From NCBI GenBank assembly GCA_964016885.1, contig OZ024741.1, positions 348,440,001 to 348,504,000 on the forward strand: a stretch of 64,000 nt of DNA, written 5' to 3'. Shown here in pieces: positions 1 through 16,059 of this stretch (the first letter of the stretch is position 1; every line of letters begins with the position of its first letter). A model generated the notes under the pieces. The model had not been told where the DNA came from, made no database searches, and saw nothing but the letters and a program-made list of their open reading frames with translations. Both the position numbers and the translations under genes were made by a program. This DNA comes from Eledone cirrhosa (lineage: Eukaryota).

Positions 1-172
1 ATTTTGATTATGTGAACGTCTTCATTTATTGAAGAATATTAATAACAGTATTGGCAGTATTTTATCTGATGAGGACATAGTGAAAAAACAGCACAGTACC
101 TCAGAAATATATTTAATAAAACATATATTTTGATTATGTGAACGTCTTCATTTGTTGAAGAATATTAATAAC
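1..172 (+). repeat. Partial tandem repeat (1-46 / 127-172) flanking a hammerhead-like core; probable PLE pseudo-LTR remnant
   Basis: attttgattatgtgaacgtcttcattt(a/g)ttgaagaatattaataac occurs twice. Between the copies lies tttat-CTGATGA-gg...cctca-GAAA-tatattt-a-ataaa. Confidence 0.45.
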
Positions 173-1518
173 TCCAGAAAACCTTTTTCTGAAGAGTGCT
201 TTTAATCTATTGTAAAACTATATTCATTGAGTAATCAATGAATATAGTTTCTCAAGAGAAGGCCGGACATTTCCGCAGTAAAAAGAAACGCAGAGTAGTT
301 AGATACTATAATATGTGAGAATTCCTAATCTAATGAATGCAATGTTATACGTAGTGAACTACCATTATCCTGTTCTAGAGAGTTATGATATGTATAATTA
401 ACGCCAGTAATGACTAGATACCGACTGGGGATAAGCAAATATATTTTCGGTGAGAAAGCTATGAAGTGAGGAAAATCATGCTTGCTGAGGCAAATAGCCA
501 GAAATCCTTTGATACTATCCCGAGAAGCGTTCCAGAAGATAATAAGAAACTATAGTATACATTATAATATACGGACATAATTTCGAACATGTGCGCATGA
601 AGATTATTTGTATCAGGTAATGGTAGATGGGATTATTACTGCTACTTTTAATATTAAGTTTCCTATTATTCAGTTTTGGATATTGACTCTCCTTTATAAA
701 ATTGGAGATTGTGTATGTGATTTATGAAATGCACCGAAGCATACTTTTATAGATAATCCTGACGGCATAGTAAAAACCAAATGCACCTAATGTTCAATAA
801 TTTTATATAAGACGAATATGCCTGTCTGGCTATAAGCATTTTAGTAGGAGAAATAAAAACCACAAATCGCTCTATGTATGAGGGGTTTATAGATATATGT
901 AACATATCACTTTCATTGGAGAGCGAGGAAAGAATTAGAGAGCAAAACGGTCAATAGCCATGAAAAAATGGATGTGATTCGCAACTCTCTCTTTAGAAAT
1001 ACTGAGGTAAAACTTTATATGATCTTGGTGCGATCAACTTTCATTCGCGGGCATTAATTCTTGAATATCTGGCGTTAAATCATTCGCTTTGAAATATAGT
1101 AAGAATATTAGAATTGATATGGTGGTCATATTACACCTGCATCTAAAGAAAGGAAGTAAGGGAGACGTTAATGTTACACTAATTACTAACATTCTATATT
1201 TGTCACAATGGATTTGGTTGGTAAATATCAATGATACGCTGGAAGATTTGATTTGGATAAAACTAGTTGAGCTGGAGATCAAATTTGAGGAAGCGGAAGG
1301 ACGCTAAATATTTGTAAACTTCGTGTTATTCGTGTCACCTGATCTAAGAGTTTGGTAAAATTGTCATGGCGCCTTCGGCGACTACTGGGTAAGAAGAAAT
1401 TCTAACTATAATTATATATTTATATGTGCATGTATGTCTGTGTGTGAGTTTGTCTACGTGTATATATGTGTGCCTGAGTCTGAGCGTGTGTTTATGTGCA
1501 TATAATTAAATAAATACA

Positions 1519-1949
1519 TTTGCTGAGATTAAAGTAAGTGAGTTTGTCACTACTCTAAAACAATAGCATACGGTCTTCAAAATGCTTTTAATTAAGCATA
1601 AAGTGTATTGCAAAATACATTATATATACATTCATATATATATTGCTATTTCAGAGCTCCAATTCTAATTTTTAATTTCTGCCTGACCGGCAACCGCTCT
1701 GTATAATCAGTTCCTGATTATTTACTAGAATTCTATAAGAATATAACATCAGTGATCTCAGTGGACAGGAGGGAGTAGTTAGCCTTGATAAGCATCAATA
1801 AATGAGAAACAAGGCCTTGTCGGCTTATCTCCCCTTGTTTGCTGAGATTAAATCAAGTGAGTTTGTCACTACCCTAAAACAATAGCATACGGTCTTCAAA
1901 ATGCTTTTAATTAAGCATAAAGTGTATTGCAAAATACATTATATATACA

Positions 1950-1955
<6 letters not shown>
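1519..1955 (+). mobile_element. Non-autonomous PLE/retrozyme-like unit: ~120 bp direct repeats (1519-1640, 1838-1955) around a hammerhead
   Basis: Near-identical repeats tttgctgagattaaa...tacattcatatata. The unit ends in (TA)n and has a hammerhead fold at 1781-1825. Confidence 0.55.
1781..1825 (+). ncRNA. Minimal type I hammerhead ribozyme candidate (U3-A8 core)
   Basis: agcc-TTGATAA-gcat caataa atga-GAAA-caag gc cttg-TC-ggct. Stem I is agcc/ggct, stem III is the palindrome acaaggccttgt, and the cleavage triplet is GUC. Confidence 0.65.
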
Positions 1956-1997
<42 letters not shown>

Positions 1998-2030
1998 TAT
2001 ATCTGCATACATTCATTTAATTATATGCAC

Positions 2031-2074
<44 letters not shown>

Positions 2075-2091
2075 CAGGGAGTGTAACGTGA

Positions 2092-2730
2092 TGTTACTGT
2101 AGGTTCACTAAGGTGGGCACTCGATGTTTAGATTCAAGTCAGTGGCAGGTGTAGTGCTAAACAGAGTGTAATATAATAATTGTTTCGAATTTTAGCACAA
2201 GGCCAGCAAATACCCAGTGCATTACTAGTACTTTATTTTATCGACCCCGTAAGGATGAAAGGCAAAGTTATCCTCGGTGGGATTTGAACTTATACCATAA
2301 AGGATTGTAACTATGTTGCAAATCATGGTGTCCGACACTCTACCGATACTGCCAATCCACCGTAATATAATAATACAAGGACGATTTGTTAAGCCGTCAT
2401 TATGTTAATTGAAGGTTCGATCTCTATCGATCTGGCCCGACTCTGGAATCCAAAGCTCTTCGGACCTCTGCTTTTGTAATGATACAGATCAAACGTTGCG
2501 TTAATCAGTGGCGAAACGCGCGTCACAAAGCAATAAAGGTGATGAAGGCTTAAAAAATCGTCCTTGTATTATATATATATATATATTTAGAATGTGTCTT
2601 TGCGCATGTAATTTCACATATCTAACGAGGTGTCGAGGAAGAGACGGGCCCTGGTCATTATGTACCCTGAGCTGATGATCGATAGTGAAACGATTGTAAT
2701 ACAACAATAAATAATATATGAGATGTAGCA
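2092..2730. mobile_element. Possible solo LTR-like repeat interrupted by a SINE; related uninterrupted copy at ~61705-61900
   Basis: tgttactgtaggttcac...gcactcgatg...ggttcgat..tatcgatct is shared with 61705-61900. Ends are TGTTAC...GTAGCA. No clear TSD. Confidence 0.35.
2181..2362 (-). mobile_element. tRNA-head SINE with Nin/Deu-type core
   Basis: The reverse strand has A/B-box-like motifs and gcctttcatccttacggggtcgataaaataaagtac. 12 bp TSD taatataataat at 2169-2180 and 2363-2374. Confidence 0.85.
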
Positions 2731-2872
2731 ATAAATTCTATCCGACTTACTATTTACATTCTGCGCACTGCAGTCACCTTAGTTCTGGAATATGACCAAA
2801 TAGAAAAGGGATCTCGTGACACCATTGAATGTTTGAACAAACCACCCCTAACACTTTTTATACACATACCTA

Positions 2873-3112
<240 letters not shown>

Positions 3113-3118
3113 ATGTTT

Positions 3119-4941
<1,823 letters not shown>

Positions 4942-5289
4942 ATAATTGTCACCAATGTAATTGTCAGCAATGAGATTAAAAACCTTTTTTGTATAGCAAA
5001 CCGTGTCAATCTTCTTTTACCTGATTTATCATTACTCCAAGTGTTTACAACATAGGAATTACAGCGTACTCGCAGCATCACTATGGAAGCGCCTTGTTGA
5101 GTCAATCTTAGCCAAGCGTTGATATCATCCACTACCCGGAGTACCATAACTGGACTACACTTAAGTGGACTACCTACAACAATAATTTGTTACCCCGTAT
5201 ATGTATATATATATATATGTATGTGTGGAAAAAATTAAAAGACTCTTTGCCAGCCCCTGCTGTTTTAAAGTATTAGTTTCTAATAATAG

Positions 5290-5830
5290 TCGTAGGATCT
5301 CAAATTTATCAGCAGCCCGGGAGATTTTCGATTAGTCCACCTCTTACTACAAACAAGCCATCCTAGATAGTGGTTTAAAGAAGAAAATTACGTACAAATC
5401 GAATCCTTCCCAACCCAACCATGTTATAAATTCTAACAGAAAAAGAAGGTTTTTCTGGTTCGCATTGCTCTTTTCACTTCAAGTAAAGTCTAATGTAGAT
5501 AAGAATGTGTTTTTTATATATTTAATAGATAGTCATTTCCCATAACAACATAGATACACACAAATATTCAATTACATCACGATTCATGTGGTCTCTCTAA
5601 GGGATAAGAATTTACTAAAAAGTATGTGTGACGTTAATCTAACCTACTCTTGTGGGATTAAAGTTAACTGCCCTATCCAACAGATATCTCATATCAAGTC
5701 CATAGTGCATGAGGCAGAGATTACACACAACACCACAGATAATTCTAAAGTTATCGAAAGTCACGTCGATATGGTGTAATATCATTTTAACCAACATTTT
5801 TACACCCGTAAACGAATCTGGCAATTATAG
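5290..5830 (+). pseudogene. Older degraded PLE fragment (RT C-terminus/GIY-YIG start)
   Basis: Translates piecewise as YYKQAILDSG...NRKRRFFWF...LIDSHFP*QHRYTQIFN...YSCGIKVNCPI, collinear with the 3604-4449 protein. Confidence 0.6.
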
Positions 5831-7494
5831 GAGAAAGGAGTCCTACATAAGATTACTTGTAAATACTTGAATGGTCCAGATAATAATTTATCTTAGCATG
5901 ATAATTTCCAACAAAGTGACAGAACGCGTGTTCATAAGGTTTACATATCTTTTGAGACATCAGAATTAGTTTGCAAAGTAGAAAGCAGGCGGACAGGAAA
6001 TGTCCGCGGTCTTACTTCATTATATGGTGTGGGTGAGAGAGAATTCAACTTTTAGGACACTATCTCTCACCAGATTGTGTGAAAATATTCAGAGGCGTTT
6101 ATTACGCGGTTTGACGCAATGAAAAAATCTGCTGACAAAATGAATGTTCATACGTATCCCTTGGGACATATTTCTGGAAAAATATAGTTATATGGCTACG
6201 AGATCAATTGAATTTCTAGTAGACATGGAGGGACGCGTAAAATGTACATTTTACGCGTCATTCAACAACTCCGAATTAACTGCCCTACAAGCTTTGCTGA
6301 CAACAGCTGCATCTAACATGTTCAAGGTTTGATCAAGTAAATACAATTCTGGAAGAAGTGTTTACTTTGTCTGTTCCTTGCCACATTGAAGACCGTACAT
6401 TTCACAGTCCCTGTCTGGCAACTCAGATTTCATTTTATAAACAATAAATGTCCCTACATATTTTCCAAACAACTTCTCACCAAGACTTCATCCTACACAT
6501 GAGTGTACCGTGAATGTTTCTTATATATTCGAGTTAGCTAATACATATACCTCTATCAGTGTGATTACTTGCATCCTTGCATAGGTGAGTACATGTATCT
6601 TTTTTGTAGATATGTGCTTCAATTATTAACTTATTTTTATATAACTGCACAACATAAAAAAGTTCATACAGAAATACTGCAACATATTGCCTGCCAATCA
6701 AATCATATATAATCCATTGTCTTGAAAATAATCCATTTGTCTTGAAAATAAATCGATTTAATCCAGCATGAATCTTAGGCTTCTAATCCAGTGTGATTGC
6801 ATTTTTACTTACCATCATGTAATCGATGAAAACCCAATTCAAAAATACTGAAAGAAATCTATTGATATCTTTGACATATAGTATCTACTCGCTCACACAG
6901 AGCTATATGCAAAAAGTGTGTGTGTGTGGGGGGGGGGGGGGGGTGATGAAAAGAGTCAGGACACTGACGGCTGAGCTCCGGCCTATTTGACAGCTAGATC
7001 CGAAATAAACCAGTAATATTAGGACGGTAGGGACCCAGCTGAAATGATCAAGTGGTACAGTCCATATATGGGCATGCAATCAAATCACAGTAGAAATATC
7101 ATATCAAAAATCCTAAAACTTGTTTTTCTTTTCTGTCAGAGGAGTGGTCAATGATTTTGGAATATCATATACATAGTTAAATTCCTTCATAGCAGCGGGG
7201 GTTGGATGGCTGAAGTTGCCTGTAGAACAAAGGGGAGGGAGTAAGATGACATTCGGACCTGTGGATGCCAGGCCGGTGATGCGTTAAGAGAGAATTCTTT
7301 ACAGCTATCTCTAAAGGAGGAAACACATATGAGAAACAAGGAATGTTGTAGAGTGAAAATGAGTATGCCGGGTTTAACAGTTGGCCAAAGAGCAAAGCAA
7401 ATATAATTTAATACTAATTAAATTCCTAGTGTACACACACAAACACACACGCACACACACATACACAGGCACACACACACACAGGCACACACAT

Positions 7495-7532
<38 letters not shown>

Positions 7533-9659
7533 ATATATATATATAGCTGTTAAATTTCTAGATATGTTTCTTAATTTAGGTGCATTTAGTCATTTGGTAA
7601 ATAAAGCTCTATAAGTTTAGTGGGCACCAAATAATAGTGATTGGTATAATTGAGCACAACCTTTCTATACGAAGCTTCAGATTAGTCCATTGAATCAAAC
7701 CAATAAAAGAATGCATGGGTACGTTCCTATAACGAAAATAAATTCGACATTCAGATCATTTCTGTATAAAATCAAAATTCCTTTATAATTTAGACGCACA
7801 CATAATATTTCTGCCAAAATAATTGGCTATTACGAAAGTGTCTCAGAACACTGGCTATTTTATTGAGGTTTGAATGATACATTTTAGTTTTGGTATACAT
7901 TGGAGTACCTGCAAATATACGCTAGATATAAATGTTCCATCGTAATACAATTCCATCTTATTGTATTACTTAAAGCTGCGCACATTTACCAAGTTGATGT
8001 TCTAACTATAAACTCTAAAACTATGTGAGGTTGCATTTGCTTTAATACCATTGATCCTAGTTTCGCTCGATCATGCGGTGGATTCAAAATGGCAACATCA
8101 TCAAGAAGACGGCATTTTCGAACGAATTAGAAATATCCTGGCTCGTTTGGACATCTAAAGAAAGAATCACAAAGTTGTGAAATGTTATCCCCAGCTAACT
8201 CAGAGCTTTGAAAAGTAATATTTTAAACTTTGGTTTGCAGCAGAATAAAAAGAAAACATAGAAATTAAACTTGTTCAAAGGTAGTTTTAATCACACTTCA
8301 AGGAAAATGCTCTGACATTTAGATGTTTCAACAAAAGCCATACAAATATAACATTGTTCACTGGCGCTATAAATTATTTTTTTTATTCTCTCACAATTAT
8401 TCTCGATGTTTACACATAAATCACGAAGAGATGTCACGATGTTTTTTCTTATTTTTTGCATCTCTAACTTATTTCTGGAAGTGGAATGTACTGCCATTTC
8501 AGATATATAACTCGGCCAGGTTTCAATTATCGTTTGGAGGCAATTCACTTTCCTTAAAATGCGAACAAAAGTTGATAGTAATGTCCAGAGGTATCCCTTG
8601 TCTCCAAACAACGATCAGACATCCTTTCTCTAAGCATGTAAACATTATTAATATGATTTTTAAAAATAAATGTTTGGGAAATATGGTTTCCTTTTCTATG
8701 GAAGATTGTAAAAATAGTTGCAAGCTATTACATATTTTCTCAGAATAAAAGAATAATTGAATTTACCCATCTAGTATTATTCGTTCTACATCCTTTAACT
8801 TATACCTCTAATAACATGACATAGACTCCTTTTATGGATTACATATGCAGAATATAACAACAAATCAGTCCCTTCCTCAGCCCTCATCCATATATCCTAA
8901 CCCTTAAACCGGCTTAAAATGAATAAAGGATAGACGGATTTTTCAAACTGCAGTCGTCAAATTATGCAGATTATGTATAAGAGTAGACATTAAATATCCA
9001 TTATTACCTGCAGCGGCTACAACTCATTAATTTAATAGGTCTTCCTCCACCGTTTCCTGTATACCTTTAAACTAAAAGCTGAAGCAATTTCCCCCAAGAT
9101 GATGAGTTGTCACGCACCTGGAGGCGCATGTTTTAAATAAATATAATATAAATACTCGAATGTAATACATAATTAATATTAAATAAAATAATAAGCTATT
9201 TCTACTTGAATATATATATATTGTTTTATCCCCATCATGCGTTATAGCATGAATTGCCGGGTACCCCAGACATGTTTACTTTCAATCCTCCATTACATTT
9301 ATCAAATGAGAATCCCAACATATATGATTAGATAGCCCAACAATTGCTTATTAAAGTTTCCGAACATTCATCCAGATATCACAAACAGAGCCTTAAATTT
9401 ATAGCTATTCAATGAAGCTAACTGGTCAAAACGCTACGAATTGTTCTCTAACAACAATAGTTTGCAACACAGTATCTCCAATCCTGATCCATTGGTGTCG
9501 GCCGTAAGCGCTAGATTAATGGTTATGATAATTGTAGCATCAAGTCTCACACACCTTACATCGTACTTGAAACTGTTGAACAGAAGGGAAAAAAAGGGGG
9601 ATTATGGAAATCGTACTTGAGTGGAAAATATAAGTGAGTGAAATAAAATTATCTATTTA

Positions 9660-9787
9660 AAGTTAGTATGCATTAAACAATCCAAATAATTCTAGCCAAT
9701 ATCAGCAAGCAGAAGCAACCAACAACAACTCATTGAAACATAGGTGTGAATAAATGAAGTTTACTTACATATACACAAGTATATACA

Positions 9788-9832
<45 letters not shown>

Positions 9833-10552
9833 CTGTGTGAGTGTGCATATGTATATATCAGTCAGATTTTGCGTATTTTAGTTCTTTAATTTCCATTTAG
9901 GAATGCAAGAGTTTCGGAAATTAAGTCCGTCTTTATTATTTTAGTTTAGATCGTTCTATGAATGACTGAGTAAAAGAATTCTCTATAGTTTTTCTTCATT
10001 TTAGTATTCTCACTTTGATTCATTCATTTCCTTTATTTGACAGTCTCTCTGCTAGGCCACAGAAGAATCAATTATTGGCTGATCATAAAAAATGTAAACA
10101 AATGTATGTTTTGTAATGTAGTATTTATATTTTATATTTATATGATTCTTTTTTCCAGTATGACAACCAATATGCTATAAATTAGATTTATTACTTGATC
10201 TGTCTATATATCCAACTCTAACTCTCATCTCTCTCTCACTCTCATATCTCTCTCACACACACTCTCTCTCTCTATCTATCTATCACACTCACACACACAC
10301 ACACAATCACACACACATATTATACACACACACACACATATACGCACATATATATTTATATATGTGTGTGTATGTATGAATGTATATGCATCTGTGTTTG
10401 TGCGTGTGTGTATGTATATATATCTTTTTGTATATGTATGAGTGCTTCATTTATTTACACATATGTTTGAATGAGTTGTTGTTGGATGCTTCTCGTTGCT
10501 GGTGTTACTCTAGTCACAGAATTAAATGGATAGTGTAATGCACACTAACGTT
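9660..10552. repeat. Diverged ~125 bp inverted repeat pair (9660-9780 / 10425-10552)
   Basis: ccaacaacaactcattgaaacataggtgtgaataaatgaag has its reverse complement at ~10445-10487, and the match extends in both directions. Confidence 0.65.
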
Positions 10553-12690
10553 ATATAAGTAATTATATTTTACTCCCTTGCATAATAGTATATATAAAGT
10601 TGATAGACCACTCCGTCCAAAGGACGAGTTCGGTACAGAGCTAATTAATATGTACGTTTGTATTTATATATTTATGAATAAATCGAAAGAGAGAAGGAGA
10701 GTGAGAGAGAAATAGAGTAGAGTGGAAAGACGGGTGGAGGAATTCGAGCTAAATCTTTTACATACATTTATTAAACCCATCTATTGGCCTTTCAGGCATT
10801 ACAAAAACAGTTCACAGATTTTTCGAACATTTAAACATTTTTTTCGGGGGTAGTTGTCTTTATTTATAAGCCTATTCTAGAAAATTGATATTATTTGAAC
10901 GCCCATGTTCATATGATTTGTTTTAATATTGTATTATGTACAACGATCCCTTTATCCCCTAACGGTTTTGGAGTTGTCAACGCTTAGAAATTGGAAAGTG
11001 TTTTATTAACATTTTTATTTCGTTTTATCTCGGACGGATAAAGTATAATTGGGAACGCACACCTTAAATTTGCCACGCATGATTCTAATGTACTATTTTC
11101 TTGCATATAATTATATTAATAGACGGTGTTAATGTTTATGATGTTATGATGGAATGTTTATGTTTATGATGTTTATGGTGTGAAAATTGTATATTAGTGA
11201 ATTGTGTTTTTCATTATATCTTAAATAAGGTATAAATAAATTATTAGTCAAATAACACATTCAATCAAATCATGCATCTGCTCTCCTATGTGTGTTTCTG
11301 ATTGAGGCAATATATAAGAAATTTCCTAATTAGCTTTTAATGCTTCCCGCTTTAAACGTCTTTAAACAACCAAACTACGATATTTTATGTACATGGTGTC
11401 TCTGAATTAGTTATTTTTTAAACAAGTCATCTTTCTTTTACACGAACCTCGTCTCACTTAATCTCTAAGCTGAAGAAAAAATTTAATATTTCAGAATTTA
11501 TCTCAGGTACTTGCCGAAATAATGAAATTATATTACATAGAGATGACTATCATTTAATCCTCGTCAAATGTTTCATGAATTAAATGCTAACTATTATATA
11601 CTGTAATTTAGGTGAGGAAAAGGGCTATTAACTTCCTGAAAAATATGGACAGTATACACACGCTGACATTATATCGATTTAGAAACCAATTTGGTTTTAC
11701 TAATCCTAAGCCACAGATATATTTGTCCGCAACGATGTAGTTGGTCAGCTGGAGATGAAATGCCTCTAAACGAGATCCAATTACTAATAGTGGCTTTAAC
11801 CACTGTATCTACATATATCTTACAGATATTTGCGGTTTCGTTTGTCGGTACATGAGATCACATAGGCACTTACATAAATATCAATGCAAATATGGACCTA
11901 CCTGTATTCACTTATGTGTATCAACTTATATGTGTCACACGTGTCACACAAGCATACGTAAAAATATGTTTGCACACGATTGCGAACAATTCATTGTTCG
12001 TGTGTCCATTCATAAGATCAAGCTGGTTAACACATTCGCTCCCGAGAATAATGGATTGATATGCCATTTTAACCGTATCGTCTACCGATACACGAGTCGT
12101 ATAAATTGAAATGCAATGAAATACGTGCGTTTATAATCGACATAAATTACAAATGAATGGAACTTCCAAGTTTACATATTTAGTGCAAAAATGTTGATAT
12201 ATCATTCGTATAGATTTCTGACGAGAATAAATTGCAAGTCCAATGATGAAAGAATACCTCATTTAAATAAAATTAGTGGCGGTATCATACTTGCCTCTAT
12301 GACAGATTTTCAAACAATGTGATTAATTTTAAACTGACCAAGTGTGTGAATATTGCAATTTTCCCGGTATTAGATCATTTAAGAAATATTTGAACTTAGC
12401 CATAGAATGACGTCTTGCATTGCAATTGGACAGCATAATATCAATTATTCAACACAAGTGAGAAGACTGAATGCCCTGCTTGCGACAAACATAAAAATCC
12501 TTCCCTACCTACAGCAGTCAAACATATAACAAATGGAAACTATCTTTAAATTGAGATTTGTTGACGTTCACTTATATTAATGGAACTATTGTATATGTAT
12601 TATGCTCTCTTTCAAATTAGTTGCACCACAATCATATTAAGTAGGATTTTAAAGAATATGAATAATGGAAACGGACTTCACTTGATTGCA

Positions 12691-12895
12691 AATCCCAGGT
12701 TGAGTTCCCTCGTAGCAAAGTGAGAAATAATGCACAAGTTGGTGAATGACATCCTTGGTAAAGTCTTGTACAATCAGGCTTGTTGTATATGCAATTCCCA
12801 GATTTTGTACCCTCGTAGCAATGCTAGAAATAATGCTCAAATTGGTGAATGACATTCTTGGTACAGCCGTGTACACACATGTTTGTTGTATATGC
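12691..12895. repeat. Diverged ~103 bp tandem duplication in decayed coding-like sequence
   Basis: ccctcgtagcaa...gaaataatgc...ttggtgaatgacat..ttggta...ttgttgtatatgc occurs twice. Confidence 0.8.
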
Positions 12896-14864
12896 ATTTT
12901 TGTTTGCTTTTCGAAAGAAGAATTTGCTTTTCAATCTCCTTAGATCAATAGAAAATGTATGCTACTTATCGGGGTTAATATAATCGAAAATAACCTCCTG
13001 AACACGAGTGGTCATAGAAGGTATGTTAGAACACACTATTAGGTCATTAACTGATAAAATTGTTAGAATGCCTTCGCAAGATGGTCCCATGTGTGTAGAT
13101 AAGATATATAAACATATTTTCACAAATTTTATTGGAATGTCACCCAGCATATATCGATAAAATAAATTACCAAACAAGAATTCTTATCATATAAACAAGC
13201 CCTATTTTCCCTAAATACTTTATCCTGCATATATACAAGAAATATGCTAGAAAATACAGAATTGGTAGAAATATAATAGAACATATTTTTTTTCAAACAG
13301 AATATCATTTGTTTTTTAGATTGATCTTGTTTATTGATGAAGAAGAGTTGGTAAATACATATATGTCGTATCCAATTATGTAAATAATTTTGTAGAACAC
13401 AAAGATACGGTGATGACAACAAATATTATAAGCTTACCATCGACATAGATATAACAATTACCAGACAAGTAGTGATGTCGAATATGTGAACTACATCACT
13501 TCTCTCAAATATTGTTGGCTGTTTGTATAGATTAATAGATGATGTGCCACTTTTAAAAATCATTGATAGTATAATTTCTGTCAAATCAAAATGATGGTCA
13601 TTATCATGCTTGATGTATCGTCGACGCCAACATAAACAGCATCATCATTGTTGTCATAATATTAATCGTCCCCACCACCACTGTTATCATCATAATTATT
13701 ATCATTTTCAAAATCATCATCCTCATTTCCATCATCGTCAACCTCATTATCAACATTAACATTAACATCACCACCTTCATCATAACCATCATTATCGACA
13801 TAATCATGTTAATCATCATGAAATATTATCAATTTGAAACATTACGATCCTCAGAAATCTTTATGTTTGTAAAACATTTAACGCAAAATCAATTACTTGA
13901 TTGTAAATGAAGTTAAAAAAATCGATTCCTAATTTTTCTGCTATTTATTTCTTCGTAAACTTTCAAATTATTTAGAATAATTTCTTGTTCCTATAAATGG
14001 AGAGATAATGTATCACGGGAAATGTAGCAGATATTTCTTCCTACTTGCATTATTCATTATATTTGTATTTGGCATAATTGTGTAGACTCGGGATAGCTCT
14101 GCTTGACAGTACAATGTCATATAATTAGTTGGGCAAACGATATGTTACGATGCATACATACTTCTCCCCATTTAGAAGGTCGTCTCAATCTGAGTGAATA
14201 GTACAACATGCACTTTCACGTATTGTGCTGAATCGTATGCGCAGCAATGTGATAGTCTGGATATGTTGCAATTTCACCTCTTTACAATAGATGCTAAAGG
14301 AAACTAAGTGCAATTTTCTGAATCTTATAATTATAAAATTGTAGCATCAGAGTTGTTGCAAATAAAAGAATATTTCCGAAGTATATAATAAATAAAATGA
14401 TGATGCTGATGATTCTCTATATGATGAGAGACTGAGAACGAGGCTGCAGAAAATGTCGAGCTGGAAGTACAGCTGGAGAAGGAGAGTTGGGGAAAAACGA
14501 ATGTGTATGATAAGTGATATATGAATGGGAAGGAAAACATTTTAAAATGCATCAAGGTCTATTCTATGTCCGACATCTTTCCACGATAATCAGATTTTTG
14601 TCGTTAATGGACTGTAGTTGAATCACTTGAGAATACATTATTTTAACGTGTCCTTTTGTCTCATCAAAATTCATAAAAACATGCATATGCATACATACTC
14701 ATTCACAAACACACGGACTTATATATACACACACACCTTGTTGGAAGGTTAAGAGTTTGTTAGAGAAATACCTAGCGCTCAGTACTTCAAAACCGCATAA
14801 TGTAACGATGGACATACGCACTAATAGTTTACAACAGCTGCCGGAAATACCACAAAACAAATAA

Positions 14865-15190
14865 TATTAATAGCTTCGAAACTAGGCCCAAGGCATGCAA
14901 TTTGTGAAGCGGCTAATGTAGAATATATTAATCATGCTATTTCCCTAGTATTTTATCTTATCGAATCGGAGGTAAATTAGCCTCGGCAGAATTTGAACAG
15001 AGAATATATAGTGTGATTTCAAATCCTGAATATATAACAGTGTGATTTCAAATCCTGCCGATGTTAAGTTGGTCTTTCATCGTTCCAGGTGACAATAAAA
15101 TAAAGTTTTACTGAAATAAATTTGTCCAATAAATAAACTTCAAGTGTCGGGAAATTGCACGTATTGTGCCTAGATAATGAATCATTATTT
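14865..15190. mobile_element. Two degraded older SINE fragments (-, then +)
   Basis: Partial matches to the SINE B-box, core and 3' tail. Confidence 0.45.
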
Positions 15191-15201
15191 CAAATCATTT
15201 C

Positions 15202-15392
15202 GGGCGGTGGATTGGCAGTATCGGTAGAGGGGTGGATGCCATGTTTTCTAGCATAGTTACGTCCCTTTACAGTCTGAGTTCAAATCTCGCCGAGGTTAAC
15301 TTTGCCTTTCATCCTTACGGGGTCGATAAAATAAAGTACCAGTAATGTACTGGGTATTTGCTGGCCTTGTGCCTAAAGTAGAAACAATTATT
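15202..15392 (+). mobile_element. tRNA-head Nin/Deu-core SINE
   Basis: tggcagtatcgg (A box), gttcaaatc (B box), core motif, tail ccttgtgcctaaagtagaaacaattatt. Imperfect 18 bp TSD at 15184-15201 and 15387-15404. Confidence 0.9.
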
Positions 15393-15608
15393 TATAATCA
15401 TTTCTATAAAAATAATATTTCGCCAATAGTTCGCAATGGGTACTATATCAGGATGCATCTAAACAAATCCAGTAAGTTGCTTTCAAAAACACACATATGC
15501 ACATATTTACGTACAGATTCACACGCGCGCACACACAAATACAGACATATATATATACATATTATGGAATACTGTTGGCTTCTTGCTACAATACTTTCTA
15601 TACCTTTC

Positions 15609-15703
<95 letters not shown>

Positions 15704-15945
15704 AGCATATATATGTACTCATATATATATATATATAGCATTTGTACCAGGCTTTACTTTCTGAGTTCAGATATTCTAGAGGCCATCCTTTTCTTTCGTC
15801 CACCTGGGATTGATAATAAATGATGGATCATGTGTTGTTAGCATTGTGATTAAATTAGAAATCATTCATTTTCATATGCATCTACATTATTGCATGTATA
15901 CACACACAAACACACACACACACTCCGGCGCACACATACACACAA

Positions 15946-16032
<87 letters not shown>

Positions 16033-16059
16033 AGCAATTCCTCCACCGTTATATATAGA

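Noticed and set aside
2668-2712. CTGATGA...GAAAC...GTA followed by AATAAA
   Set aside because: Stems I and II do not pair.
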